A DNA stretch of 64,000 nt from a virus, in the IMG/VR virus record IMGVR_UViG_3300037193_002967, positions 8,174-72,173 of that record. One strand, 5' to 3'. Below, in pieces: positions 49,491 through 58,816 of the stretch (positions are counted from its first letter, which is position 1; each line of letters opens with the position of its first letter). The translations under genes and the position numbers were made by a program. The notes beneath the pieces were generated by a model, which worked only from the letters and a program-made list of their open reading frames with translations, was not told the origin of the DNA and did no database searches.

Positions 49491-50915
49491 TTAAGCATGC
49501 ACATTCTTGCCTTCTTCGGTTTCCCATACACCTTGCGCAATCCTTTGTCCGAGCAATTCGCCAAATAATTTCACAAATTGTTCAGCCTTATTGGGCTTAT
49601 CAACCTGATCATTCATCAAAGCAATCTGGTAAGACATGCTGTGAATGCATGATTCAACGATATCATCTGTAATAGTGCCTTGTTTCTTTGCCAATTTAAC
49701 AGCGCGCTGTGCAATTTCAGCTACTACGGCACCCTGTACATCGGGTGTCTTTTTAGCAAGCGTGGCATAATCAAGCATCGCTTCGCCCTTCAGGCCCTTG
49801 AAATATACCTGGTAGATTTGTGAACGCACTTCTTCGTCAGGGTTCTCAAATTTGATCATTACATCAATCCTTCCAGGGCGGCGCAAAGCAGTATTGATCT
49901 TTTCGGGGTGGTTTGTGGTGAAGATGACAGTCAGGTCATTTCCTTTAGTTTGAACACCATCCAAGGTATTCAAAATTTTATTCATGCTGCTATCCCGCTG
50001 TTCACCAGAAGCAATTTCGTCCACATCTTCCAAGAAAATGATGCATGGCTGGTATTTTTTACACTGGTTCAACAGAATATCAAAAGCTTTTGCATCTTTC
50101 AGATAAAAGAATGACATGCCATGATTTTCAACAGCGGCGCGGCCAACGCGCATAGCGGTTTCGGTTTTACCAGTACCATAGCCACCTGCAAAGAGGTAGC
50201 AGCGTTTTCCAGATTCTCCCAGGCTGTCAATGATGAAAGTGTCAACCACCAATTGTTCCCGTTTGTTCAGAACAATTTTTTCGCTGCCTTTGTTTTCAAT
50301 GATCTCAAAGGCAAGGTTATTACCATTTTTAGTAACAACAATACTTTTCCCCCGGTAAATACTGGCGGTTTCCAGTTGTTCGCGTATAAGGTTGAAATAG
50401 TTGGTAATGGGGTCGCTGAATTTCCGCTTTGCTTGGATTGAAATATGCACGGTACCATCATCTGCAATTCCAATTCTCGCTACGGCCTTTTCCCAACAGG
50501 TAATTTGGAAGTCACCATAAAAAGCACGTTCGTTTACCTTCTTGCCTTTTTTGATATCTACCACGATATCAATTTCTCTCGGACTGCCAGTAAACCAGTT
50601 TTCTTTTCCATTCATCCATCCAAATTCACGTTCTGTAACACGGCGAACGGCTACCAAAACATCCTGCCAGTTCCAGCCTTCAAAGGCGCTGGAAAAATTG
50701 TTTTCGGACTCTTCATTTTTCCACTGTGCCTCTAATTCCTTAGCAGCTACACGCTTGTCCATGCCTTTAGGGAGCAGGATTTTTTTCACCTCATCCGAAT
50801 ATTCGGTAGGTGTTGCGATTTCTTTTACGTTATCCGGAAGGTCTACGCCCATGGCTTTTAAGAGAGCGGCTACAGGTCCTTCAATTTGTACTTCGCGTTG
50901 AAGCAATTTAGACAT
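49491..50915 (-). CDS. AAA+ ATPase
   Basis: GGYGTGKT, IIFLEDVD, second region of homology TTNHPEKINTALRRPGRID. Confidence 0.92.
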   Translation of the reverse strand: MSKLLQREVQIEGPVAALLKAMGVDLPDNVKEIATPTEYSDEVKKILLPKGMDKRVAAKELEAQWKNEESENNFSSAFEGWNWQDVLVAVRRVTEREFGWMNGKENWFTGSPREIDIVVDIKKGKKVNERAFYGDFQITCWEKAVARIGIADDGTVHISIQAKRKFSDPITNYFNLIREQLETASIYRGKSIVVTKNGNNLAFEIIENKGSEKIVLNKREQLVVDTFIIDSLGESGKRCYLFAGGYGTGKTETAMRVGRAAVENHGMSFFYLKDAKAFDILLNQCKKYQPCIIFLEDVDEIASGEQRDSSMNKILNTLDGVQTKGNDLTVIFTTNHPEKINTALRRPGRIDVMIKFENPDEEVRSQIYQVYFKGLKGEAMLDYATLAKKTPDVQGAVVAEIAQRAVKLAKKQGTITDDIVESCIHSMSYQIALMNDQVDKPNKAEQFVKLFGELLGQRIAQGVWETEEGKNVHA

Positions 50916-50952
50916 GCTTTTTTGTTTTTGAGTTATAAAATCCCTTAGTTAG

Positions 50953-51022
50953 TTGCGTGGGTTGGAGTCGAACCAAACTTCAGGGTTATGAGCCCCGTGT
51001 GCTACCGTTACACCACCCCGCC
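50953..51022 (-). tRNA. tRNA-Met (CAT), initiator-like
   Basis: Anticodon arm CGGGG-CTCATAA-CCCTG with three G-C pairs; T arm TTGG-TTCGACT-CCAA; imperfect acceptor stem. Confidence 0.75.
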
Positions 51023-51135
51023 ATGAGCAACTTTTGAATAGAGTTGCCAACTATTAGCGTTGCATTTGTTTTGTTCGCTGCGACTTTTAGACCCCAGCAA
51101 ACTGGTTGAACCACACAATCTACCCAACCTCTTTA

Positions 51136-51336
51136 TTACCAAAAAGGATCACCCGGTACGTATGGAAAATCAACTCCCAAATTCCTGCCCGTGCGGTAAG
51201 CCTCTTCAGAATGGCCAGGATGCCTTTTTTTCATATCTTCTATTTCTTCATCATTATAGTAGCCGCCATCTCTAAGATCGTCACAATTACATTTATCGAG
51301 TGGCTGACCGCAGGAAGAGCAATAAGATGGGGTCAT
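51136..51336 (-). CDS. Small Cys-rich protein
   Basis: CSSC...CNC; AT-rich leader. Confidence 0.5.
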   Translation of the reverse strand: MTPSYCSSCGQPLDKCNCDDLRDGGYYNDEEIEDMKKRHPGHSEEAYRTGRNLGVDFPYVPGDPFW

Positions 51337-51464
51337 AAAACGTAATTTAAAAAGTTTTTAAAAATGGGCCCAGCGTAAAAACGCCGGGCGCGTTAAATGA
51401 CTGATTGGCGTTTGTCAACGATTGAACACTAATCAATGTTAATTAACCATTAAACCTTATCCTG

Positions 51465-51615
51465 TGAAAGCGAATGGATTCGAACCATCAATACAAATGC
51501 GTGGAAGCCGCACTCATATTTTTAGGGAACTATCGTTGGGATTCCACCCCCTATTTTCGCTCCTTTTTTAGCCGACCCTAACGGTCGCTGCGTTTACCAA
51601 TTCTGCTACACTTTC
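51465..51615 (-). ncRNA. tRNA-like RNA with a long insert in place of the anticodon/variable arm
   Basis: Acceptor GAAAGTG/CGCTTTC, D region TAGCAGAATTGGTAAACGC, T arm GATGG-TTCGAAT-CCATT. Confidence 0.6.
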
Positions 51616-51732
51616 GTTAAACTTTATTTAAGTTGCAGTTTCACAAGATTAGTGGGATTCTCGCCCGTTCCTGAATTTAATCATACCGATCTTGGCTTAA
51701 ACGCAACTTAAATAAATTAAGTTATTTTAAAT

Positions 51733-51853
51733 TGACGGATGGCAGGATTGGTTAAAACACCGTTTACCTGCACGTGCTACAGTTACGACTTTCTGCTTGC
51801 ACACCACCAAAAGTCGATAGTGCGTGGAGCGTCTAATTCCGCCACATCCGTCA
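51733..51853 (-). ncRNA. Leu-type tRNA-like RNA with expanded T loop
   Basis: ACGGATG/CATCCGT, TGGCGGAATTAGACGC, GCAGG...CCTGC. Confidence 0.5.
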
Positions 51854-52324
51854 AAGAGTTTATTGGCTGTCCATGTATCCAGCATGGAATGACTATCGAA
51901 CACGTTAATTCGCTCTTAAATGCGCACCCATAGTACTATGATATAATACCTGTCATGCACACATTCCTTTCACCCCTCCATCAAACAAACGCTACTGGTA
52001 TAGCTGTAGTAATCGCCTTCCTTTCACCTTGCGGGTTCACTCATAAGGCAGTGCGTTGTTGCATCTCGCAGGAATACTACTGTTTGACTTCAAGCAGCCA
52101 ATAAGAAGTTATTGGCGTTAAGCAGGCCGTCAACGACGCGGCACTTTCATGCTATAAACTTGACCATACACAATGTGTTAAGCGGTCGGGCATCTATTGC
52201 CTGCTATTAGCCAATAATATCTTCAATTACTTTTCAAAGAACTTTAAAAATGGGCACTGAGTAGAAACAAAGTGCCGGGCTAACGATTGCATGCCCGATG
52301 AAGGGCCCATATGAAAAAAATTCG

Positions 52325-52383
52325 AGGCGGGAACAGGATTCGAACCTGTGAAATTACGCGTTAAGCCACTCCGCAACCCCGCC
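52325..52383 (-). ncRNA. 59-nt tRNA-like RNA lacking the anticodon arm
   Basis: GGCGGGG-TT-GCGGAGTGGCTTAACGC-GTAATTTC-ACAGG-TTCGAAT-CCTGT-TCCCGCC-T. Confidence 0.65.
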
Positions 52384-52455
52384 ATATAAGGGCCCAGCTG
52401 GATAACCAGGCCCGTTTATTAAGAAAAAACCTTAATAATGGAAAAAAATATGAGT

Positions 52456-53328
52456 TTAATTAACCATTTCTAAAATGGTATTGAATATTTTTTTGTCGGC
52501 CCTCTCTTTTTCAAAGAATGGCTTGCTTTCAACACCGTGAATATACTCATTGAAAGCATTATAACCAAGCCATAAATTGGGGGTTGCGCCCAATTGGCCA
52601 GCTTCTTTTTGGATGGTATCAATGATCTGTTGGGCGATTTTAGAAGGCTCATCCGGGTTCTTTTCGCTTTTTTCGTACTTCGCCAGACCGGTCTTGCCTA
52701 GAACATATTTCACGAATTCATTGATATCTGGTACTACGCCTTCTGCCAGCACATTGAACTTTTTTTGAATGGTGTAATACTCGTTATCCATGAATTGCGC
52801 AATAAGCTCTTCGATCTTCGGCATAATGATTTCCATGGTGTTAGCGCCGCGTTTACGAAGGCTAAATCCAATTTTCATATGAGCCACATGTAGACCGTTC
52901 TCGCATATTTTGCGAAAGCCCGAGAAGCCGCCCACAGTACGAACGCTACCGTCATATGAATTAATAGCGGTTAGCATGGGTTTGATAGTATCAACACCCT
53001 TGGCGTTTTTGAACTTATCGCCAATGTTTACATGGTAGGCATCGTCTTCCAGGATGTAGTCTACCTTGAAGTTTTGATTGCGGTAGTTGCTGGCGCGCTT
53101 GCTGTATTGAATACCAGCATTATCCAGTAACGTCTCAAACTGACCGAAGAATTGCTCATTCGGAATGAGATTATAGCCATTGCTTACCAGGTTGACAATC
53201 TCGCCATCAGCAATAATAAATTTATCAAAACCGGGGCGCATTTTAAATCCGGTGATCATTGAAGCGTCCGCTTCTGTAACGGGGATGTAGATGTTGTCGT
53301 TTCTTTTGTAGGATTGTTGTGTGTTCAT
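52456..53328 (-). CDS. DUF932-like protein
   Basis: VSNGYNLIPNE, INSYDGS, RKICENG, NLWLGYNAFNEY. Confidence 0.75.
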   Translation of the reverse strand: MNTQQSYKRNDNIYIPVTEADASMITGFKMRPGFDKFIIADGEIVNLVSNGYNLIPNEQFFGQFETLLDNAGIQYSKRASNYRNQNFKVDYILEDDAYHVNIGDKFKNAKGVDTIKPMLTAINSYDGSVRTVGGFSGFRKICENGLHVAHMKIGFSLRKRGANTMEIIMPKIEELIAQFMDNEYYTIQKKFNVLAEGVVPDINEFVKYVLGKTGLAKYEKSEKNPDEPSKIAQQIIDTIQKEAGQLGATPNLWLGYNAFNEYIHGVESKPFFEKERADKKIFNTILEMVN

Positions 53329-53370
53329 GTTTTTTTGCTTTATGATGTGAAGTTAATTTGGTTTTTTGAA

Positions 53371-53390
53371 TTGACAAAATATTTTGTCAA
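53371..53390. promoter_or_regulatory. Operator palindrome upstream of the DUF932-like gene
   Basis: Perfect TTGACAAAATATTTTGTCAA. Confidence 0.75.
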
Positions 53391-53605
53391 TTATTTTTTT
53401 CTGGGACCAATTTATTTAATCTTTCTAGTAGGTCGGCCCTGATGCTGTTAGTAGCTATCCAAACCTCCCCATTAAAATAAACGGAATTACATGGTGAAAA
53501 ATCCTTTTCTGCCCTTAGGCATTGCTCAGTAATATAGCCTTCAGTGCTGCCCATCAATTTACCCCAAGCATAAATGTAAGGGTATTTTAAAAATATTTGT
53601 TTCAT
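53387..53605 (-). CDS. Hypothetical protein
   Basis: YIYAWGKLMGS; has its own promoter. Confidence 0.6.
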   Translation of the reverse strand: MKQIFLKYPYIYAWGKLMGSTEGYITEQCLRAEKDFSPCNSVYFNGEVWIATNSIRADLLERLNKLVPEKNN

Positions 53606-53637
53606 GGTAATTATGTTTTTTGTTTTGATTGATAGAG

Positions 53638-53764
53638 TAAAGATATTGGGTTTTATTTAATTGACAAATATATTTGTCTTATATTCGCCGATCTTGATCA
53701 TGATCAATTAAGTCGGTAATTATGACAAAATAATTTGTCATTTCGAACCCTGATAGTATATTTG
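53638..53764. promoter_or_regulatory. Divergent promoters with two operators and a central palindrome
   Basis: TGACAAATATATTTGTCT 53662-53679; TTGATCATGATCAA 53694-53707; TGACAAAATAATTTGTCA 53723-53740; TATATTTG 53757-53764; TATCTTTA on the minus strand at 53638-53645. Confidence 0.8.
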
Positions 53765-53787
53765 TGTAAACAAAAGTAAAAACATAT

Positions 53788-54135
53788 ATGGAACTTAATA
53801 TAAAACAGCTTAAAAAATGGATTGCCGCTTTAGATAGCGGGGAATATAAGCAATCAATTGGAAGATTGCAGGGGCCAAATGGGTATTGTTGTCTTGGGGT
53901 TGCTACCAAATGCTTAGTGCCATTAAGCCAGATTGAAATAGATCATGAGGGTTACCTTATAGGCACCGTTCCTTTTGATCAAAAATCGGCTCCAAAATGG
54001 TTAAAGGAAATAAGTCTTGATTTCAATAAACAAACTGGGTATCATTTAACATCATTAAATGATGTATATGGATATAGTTTTACCGAAATCGCCACGCTAT
54101 TGGAATTAATATACATCCATAAAATCCTTGATTAA
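53788..54135 (+). CDS. Hypothetical phage protein
   Basis: WIAALDSGEYKQ...YCCLGVA...LND...FTEIA. Confidence 0.7.
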   Translation: MELNIKQLKKWIAALDSGEYKQSIGRLQGPNGYCCLGVATKCLVPLSQIEIDHEGYLIGTVPFDQKSAPKWLKEISLDFNKQTGYHLTSLNDVYGYSFTEIATLLELIYIHKILD

Positions 54136-54317
54136 TAAAATCCCAATCCAATGAATATTCTGATTTCTTTCAAACTTTACAATCTGCATGGCAAATTAAC
54201 TGTTGCCGCTACGATTGTCTGCGATATGAAAAAGATGGCATATTATATAGACGAATTCAATTCTTCTAGTGTCAATCCTCAAAAAGATCAATTATTAATT
54301 TGTAAAAAAGGCTAACG

Positions 54318-54557
54318 ATGAAACAGCAAAATCAATCTACACAAGCCACTGAAACGGCAACTTCTTCTTTTGAAGATAAAATATTTTTCATGGGCAATGA
54401 AAGTATTAATGTTATTCAGGCGCTCATCCCTCTTTTAAAACAAAGAGAGCAGGCTGCTAAATTTTTCAGAGATGAACAGCTTAGTGTTTATAAGGTGCAG
54501 TTGCAATCTGTTATAGAAGACCTGAACGAAGAAATTAAAAAACTTTTATCATTATGA
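54318..54557 (+). CDS. Hypothetical protein
   Basis: ATGA coupling to the next gene. Confidence 0.55.
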   Translation: MKQQNQSTQATETATSSFEDKIFFMGNESINVIQALIPLLKQREQAAKFFRDEQLSVYKVQLQSVIEDLNEEIKKLLSL

Positions 54558-54790
54558 GCTACCCCGAACGTCTATCCGAAATTATCCGATTGCTTTCTGA
54601 AGCCAGATATAAAATCGATGGGTTGGCAATAGATATGGAACGTGAGACTAATGAATTGAGTATTAAAGGATTAATATCACCAAATTACGTAGAAAATCGA
54701 TCAGATAATATTGGTGACTTATATGATGCAAGTGGTCAGATTGATAACAGTATTATTTTACTTACAAAGATAAAAAATGGACCAATTTAG
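54554..54790 (+). CDS. Hypothetical protein
   Basis: Co-oriented ORF. Confidence 0.55.
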   Translation: MSYPERLSEIIRLLSEARYKIDGLAIDMERETNELSIKGLISPNYVENRSDNIGDLYDASGQIDNSIILLTKIKNGPI

Positions 54791-54837
54791 GTTTAATCCT
54801 GATCATGGTATTTCTTGAATCTCTTAAATAATTATAT

Positions 54838-55218
54838 ATGCAACTAACAATTGAAAATGTACGAAAAATATTTTATGATTCTCTTCATCATGAGGGCGAA
54901 GAAGTTTCCGATCCAGTAATCTGTGAAGGCATTGTAAATTCGGTTGGCTTTCATCGCGCGAGGCTGGAAAGCCATAAGGATGAAATTGCTTCCATGTTGG
55001 TTCAATTGCCAAAAGAGTTTCACAAATCTCATGGTGGCGGTCATAGTTTCTTAAATATGTGTATGTTGGATTCTGGGGAACAGTGGGCAGACGAACACAT
55101 TGATGTAGAAAAACTTCTGTTATTGGGTCTTGGCATTGAAAAGGCTGCTTATAATTTGGGACCTCAATTTTGGCCACTTTTACCAGGTGGGGTGGCTTAC
55201 GTTTATATCGATTTTTAA
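54838..55218 (+). CDS. Conserved hypothetical phage protein
   Basis: GFHRARLE...GGGHSFLNMC...GEQW...LPGGVAY. Confidence 0.7.
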   Translation: MQLTIENVRKIFYDSLHHEGEEVSDPVICEGIVNSVGFHRARLESHKDEIASMLVQLPKEFHKSHGGGHSFLNMCMLDSGEQWADEHIDVEKLLLLGLGIEKAAYNLGPQFWPLLPGGVAYVYIDF

Positions 55219-55236
55219 AACTTAAATAATAAACTT

Positions 55237-55536
55237 ATGTGGGCGGAAAAACAGATTACTAAAGATGAGGCAATTGCTTGGTATTCAAGTGGCATATGGG
55301 AAAAATGGACAGCACAGGAAATCGTAAAAGCGCAATTGTTTCAAAAACGGCTATTCATGCCTTTTGATAAGTTTCATGAAGCCGTAGAAAAGGTTTTGGG
55401 CCGTGGAGTATTTACCCACGAATTCGCATACGTGGAAGCATTGCAACATGAATACTTAGGAGAAAAGCCGCCTCCTACTTTTGAGGAAATCATTAACCTT
55501 ATCCCAGAAGAAAAAAGAGTCATCATTAAAATTTAA
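55237..55536 (+). CDS. Conserved hypothetical phage protein
   Basis: FHEAVEKVLGRGVFTHEFA. Confidence 0.7.
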   Translation: MWAEKQITKDEAIAWYSSGIWEKWTAQEIVKAQLFQKRLFMPFDKFHEAVEKVLGRGVFTHEFAYVEALQHEYLGEKPPPTFEEIINLIPEEKRVIIKI

Positions 55537-55741
55537 ATGGTATGCCTTTAGCAGAGGAAATAACTAAATTCTCACAAGTAGTTGGCAGCAATGCGCCAGA
55601 AGTGGGAGGGTTTACTATCGGATGGTATAGGAAAGAAGCACAAATTAAAGCTATCGCTTTAAGGTTAGCTGAAATGGCCTCTTTTTTACCACACGATCAG
55701 CAACAGGAATATAATTCACTCATTCAACAATTGATGAAGTA

Positions 55742-55963
55742 ATGTATAAGAAGCGAAGTGAACATTTAGTGAACTGGGTTAATAGTCACCCATTGATAAA
55801 CGTAAAACTTTTGTGTGAAATGGCGGGAATGAATAATTGGGGTAATTTCTCAAATGCTTTGTTGGGGCACCGATCTGTTAGTCCTAAATATATTGACTAC
55901 CTGGAAAAGGTACTTAAGGAATATGGGTTTGAACCACTTACAAAGAAACAATTAAGTGAGTGA
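55742..55963 (+). CDS. Small HTH-like protein
   Basis: INVKLLCEMAGMNNWGNFSNALLGHRSVS. Confidence 0.5.
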   Translation: MYKKRSEHLVNWVNSHPLINVKLLCEMAGMNNWGNFSNALLGHRSVSPKYIDYLEKVLKEYGFEPLTKKQLSE

Positions 55964-56540
55964 TATTTTTAAGATGGCTTGTAGCTATTATATCGTATGC
56001 GCAGGAATTAAGCTGGTCTTGAATCCTGCGTTTTTCTTGTGCCTTCTTCCATAGTTTAGGATCGAATTCTTTGCCAGTTCTCGGATGCGGTAATTGACGG
56101 AATTTTTGAAAGTCATTATATACAGGAATTCCAAGGCGTTTTAAATTAAACATCATTTCATTGTCTTCAGCGCGATGAAAATAATCATTATTATATCCCC
56201 CGATTTTAATAAAAATCGGATGAGGAAACATTGTAACACCTCCTAAGTAATCTTCCTTTTGTATATCACTAAGCGCAAATTGTATTACAGAGTCATCAAA
56301 TGACGGTGGTTCGTATCTGAAATCCACAGGCAACATATCAATATCATGCATTATATAGTATTCAGATGGGAATTGTAATGCTCCAATATTTAAAAGTTTA
56401 CCTCTATTGAAAGGTTTTTCTTCAGTTTGTTCAATTATGGCAATAGGAATTTTTGGAACATGAGATTTCATCCATTCCAGAAATAAGTGTAAATGATGTG
56501 GCCTATTTCTATAGGGAACTATTATAGTTTGGAAATTCAT
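55938..56540 (-). CDS. GT7 (beta-1,4-galactosyltransferase-like) glycosyltransferase
   Basis: IVPYRNR, FNRGKLLNIG, HDID, GGV, GGYNNDY...EDNE. Confidence 0.85.
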   Translation of the reverse strand: MNFQTIIVPYRNRPHHLHLFLEWMKSHVPKIPIAIIEQTEEKPFNRGKLLNIGALQFPSEYYIMHDIDMLPVDFRYEPPSFDDSVIQFALSDIQKEDYLGGVTMFPHPIFIKIGGYNNDYFHRAEDNEMMFNLKRLGIPVYNDFQKFRQLPHPRTGKEFDPKLWKKAQEKRRIQDQLNSCAYDIIATSHLKNITHLIVSL

Positions 56541-56796
56541 TGGGCTTTAATGGTTCAATTACAAGATTTGAATATTTCTTAAGTGGTCTTTTATAACCAT
56601 TCTTTTCAAAAGTTACACAAAGATTTTCAAACCCCTCATCATCGACTACGTTATCCCAAGTTACCTCTATAGTATGTTCGGCACATAAGTACAATAGCGG
56701 ACTAGTTGATGCCGGTTTATAATTTGGGTGCACGCGCAATTCCAAGGATACGCTGTTGGTGGCGGCATTTGTGCAGTCATTTTTATTACATTTCAT
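56509..56796 (-). CDS. Small Cys/His hypothetical protein
   Basis: CNKNDC...LCAEH. Confidence 0.55.
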   Translation of the reverse strand: MKCNKNDCTNAATNSVSLELRVHPNYKPASTSPLLYLCAEHTIEVTWDNVVDDEGFENLCVTFEKNGYKRPLKKYSNLVIEPLKPNEFPNYNSSL

Positions 56797-57649
56797 TGCT
56801 CAATTCTTTTAATATTTCTTGTTTGCATCCCTGATAGGTAAACATGCTTTTATTTACCTCAACGATCATTTTCAATACCGAATATCCTTTGTCAATTTCA
56901 TGTAAGCAATAATCTATTTCTTCACCGGTTAAAGTTGCGCCAAATGGGAATACTGGCATATTATAAGGAATGATAAATTCATCACTTATATAAATTGGGA
57001 TAGCTCCATATTGAATGGCTTCGCAAATTCTAAAACTGGTTTGACCATACCCGCGCGGGCATAAAGCGTATTTGGTCCTTGCCATAATCTCGCAATACTC
57101 ATGCAAGCTAACTGGCTTGGTGTGTATATAATAACCTGGCAAATCTTTTAACTGTTCAACCATTTTGGCACGAAGAGGATGTGTTATTCGTCCTACAAAG
57201 CTGGCAAATATATCTCGTTCGACATTGAATTTATATTGATGTTGAGGACATAATAACGGTAGTGCATAGTCGATGCGTGGCCCACTCATGGCAAATATCT
57301 TGATATCCAAATGATCTATCTTATTTAAGATACCATCATCGTATTGAACGATGGTATAATATTTCTTGGAAGTATCAAGTTGGTTTAAATAAGATTGTAT
57401 TAATTCATGTGTTCGCTTGCACTGCCCAAATTTATTATTGCAATAGAGTGCGGTCCACTGAATAGGCAGATAAAGCCTTTCTGTTGCCTCACGTTCTACA
57501 AATGTTTCCATATACCAGCGTTCAAATGTTCGATCATTATCGGCTGGATATTTCATATTTTGCACTGGCCGCAAAAAGTTTGGTATACTAACCATTCCAT
57601 TTATTTTAGGCGGTCCGGCTATCCGCGCTCTTACTTGTCTTGGACGCAT
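56786..57649 (-). CDS. Exostosin-family (GT47) glycosyltransferase
   Basis: ASFVG, YALCPRGYGQTSFRICEAIQYGAIPIYISD. Confidence 0.88.
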   Translation of the reverse strand: MRPRQVRARIAGPPKINGMVSIPNFLRPVQNMKYPADNDRTFERWYMETFVEREATERLYLPIQWTALYCNNKFGQCKRTHELIQSYLNQLDTSKKYYTIVQYDDGILNKIDHLDIKIFAMSGPRIDYALPLLCPQHQYKFNVERDIFASFVGRITHPLRAKMVEQLKDLPGYYIHTKPVSLHEYCEIMARTKYALCPRGYGQTSFRICEAIQYGAIPIYISDEFIIPYNMPVFPFGATLTGEEIDYCLHEIDKGYSVLKMIVEVNKSMFTYQGCKQEILKELSNEM

Positions 57650-57981
57650 TAATCAGTAATTTTTTCCATTTCTTTTACATATTGATCCCATCCCATTTTA
57701 TGGGCTGCCATTACATGTTCAACAGTAGCGTGCATCATTGCACCCGATGGACCATTTTCACCGCATGCCTTACATATGTGATCTGTAAAAGCAATTGATT
57801 CGGCATTTGTTGGCGTAATTATCCCATATATGTTTTCACACTGTTGAAAGGAAAGTGCTGCCTCAGGATGTTGATCAAGCCATTCCATTCCAGCGATTAC
57901 CATTTTTCGGCAAGCATTTTCATATTCGCCACCGAAGCCAGATATTTCACGCATGCGGGGATTGAATTCGTATTTGTTCAT
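57649..57981 (-). CDS. Hypothetical protein
   Basis: EISGFGGEYENACR...SGAM; coupled. Confidence 0.6.
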   Translation of the reverse strand: MNKYEFNPRMREISGFGGEYENACRKMVIAGMEWLDQHPEAALSFQQCENIYGIITPTNAESIAFTDHICKACGENGPSGAMMHATVEHVMAAHKMGWDQYVKEMEKITD

Positions 57982-58192
57982 GATCTTAGTTTTAAGTTTC
58001 TTTTATTTGCTTCAGCGGCTAATGCCTGGCAGTATTCGTAATCTTCACTATCAACATACCGATCATATGATAATTGCAATTCTTCATCGCTTAGGTCTTC
58101 TACATAAGGAATATAGATTACATGCCCTGTGGGCAATTTCTTTTCTACAAAAAGCTGTGAATAAATTCCTAATCTGCGTATGGGTTTCATGG

Positions 58193-58816
58193 TTACGAAA
58201 TTGGCTTTCTTATATATAAGGCATCGCCCCACCCAGCATTAACCCAATTGGTTTCCACACGATCAAATTCACGTAGAATATTATCCAGTTCGGTTACGCC
58301 CACTGCATTTTTGTACAAATTTGCCCCATCCTGATTTACTTCGGTATACACATAATCAATCTGTGCCAAAATTCCACTGGCACCTAATAAGACGCCTGCT
58401 TCCGCACCCTGTACATCTATGTTGAGCATGTTGTATTTACTGTGCAATCCCAATGCATCTAAGCGAACAGTCTTTACGATTTCCGTAGAATTAAATTTTA
58501 TTTCAGGGTAATATTTTAAATGATTAACTGGCTCAAGCAAGCTATTGCTTTGGCCTTTATTCGCAGTTTCGGTAAACATTACAGCCGTACCGGCAGTTGT
58601 AGTACAGGCGTAGTTAAATAATTTTATGTGGTGGTGGCCACTGAATTTCTGCTTAAGTATATTAAAGGCTTTAGCGCATGGTTCGATCAAGGCAATATTT
58701 TTAATTCCGAGTTGCGAATATTCGTCACACTCTTCACCCCAATGCGCGCCAACATGTATTACGCCGTTAATTTTGAGGCTGTATTTTTTAACCAGGGTTG
58801 TTAAGTTGAGAAGCAT
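58193..58816 (-). CDS. FkbM-family methyltransferase
   Basis: IHVGAHWGEE, IEP, NIDVQGAE, YVYTEV. Confidence 0.88.
   Translation of the reverse strand: MLLNLTTLVKKYSLKINGVIHVGAHWGEECDEYSQLGIKNIALIEPCAKAFNILKQKFSGHHHIKLFNYACTTTAGTAVMFTETANKGQSNSLLEPVNHLKYYPEIKFNSTEIVKTVRLDALGLHSKYNMLNIDVQGAEAGVLLGASGILAQIDYVYTEVNQDGANLYKNAVGVTELDNILREFDRVETNWVNAGWGDALYIRKPIS

Noticed and set aside
50953-51022. tRNA as att site
   Set aside because: No integrase or duplicated tRNA 3' end seen in the window
51465-51615. Ochre suppressor tRNA (TTA) or tmRNA
   Set aside because: The loop CGTTAGG lacks U33 and can pair further; the RNA is too short for tmRNA and has no tag ORF or Ala acceptor identity
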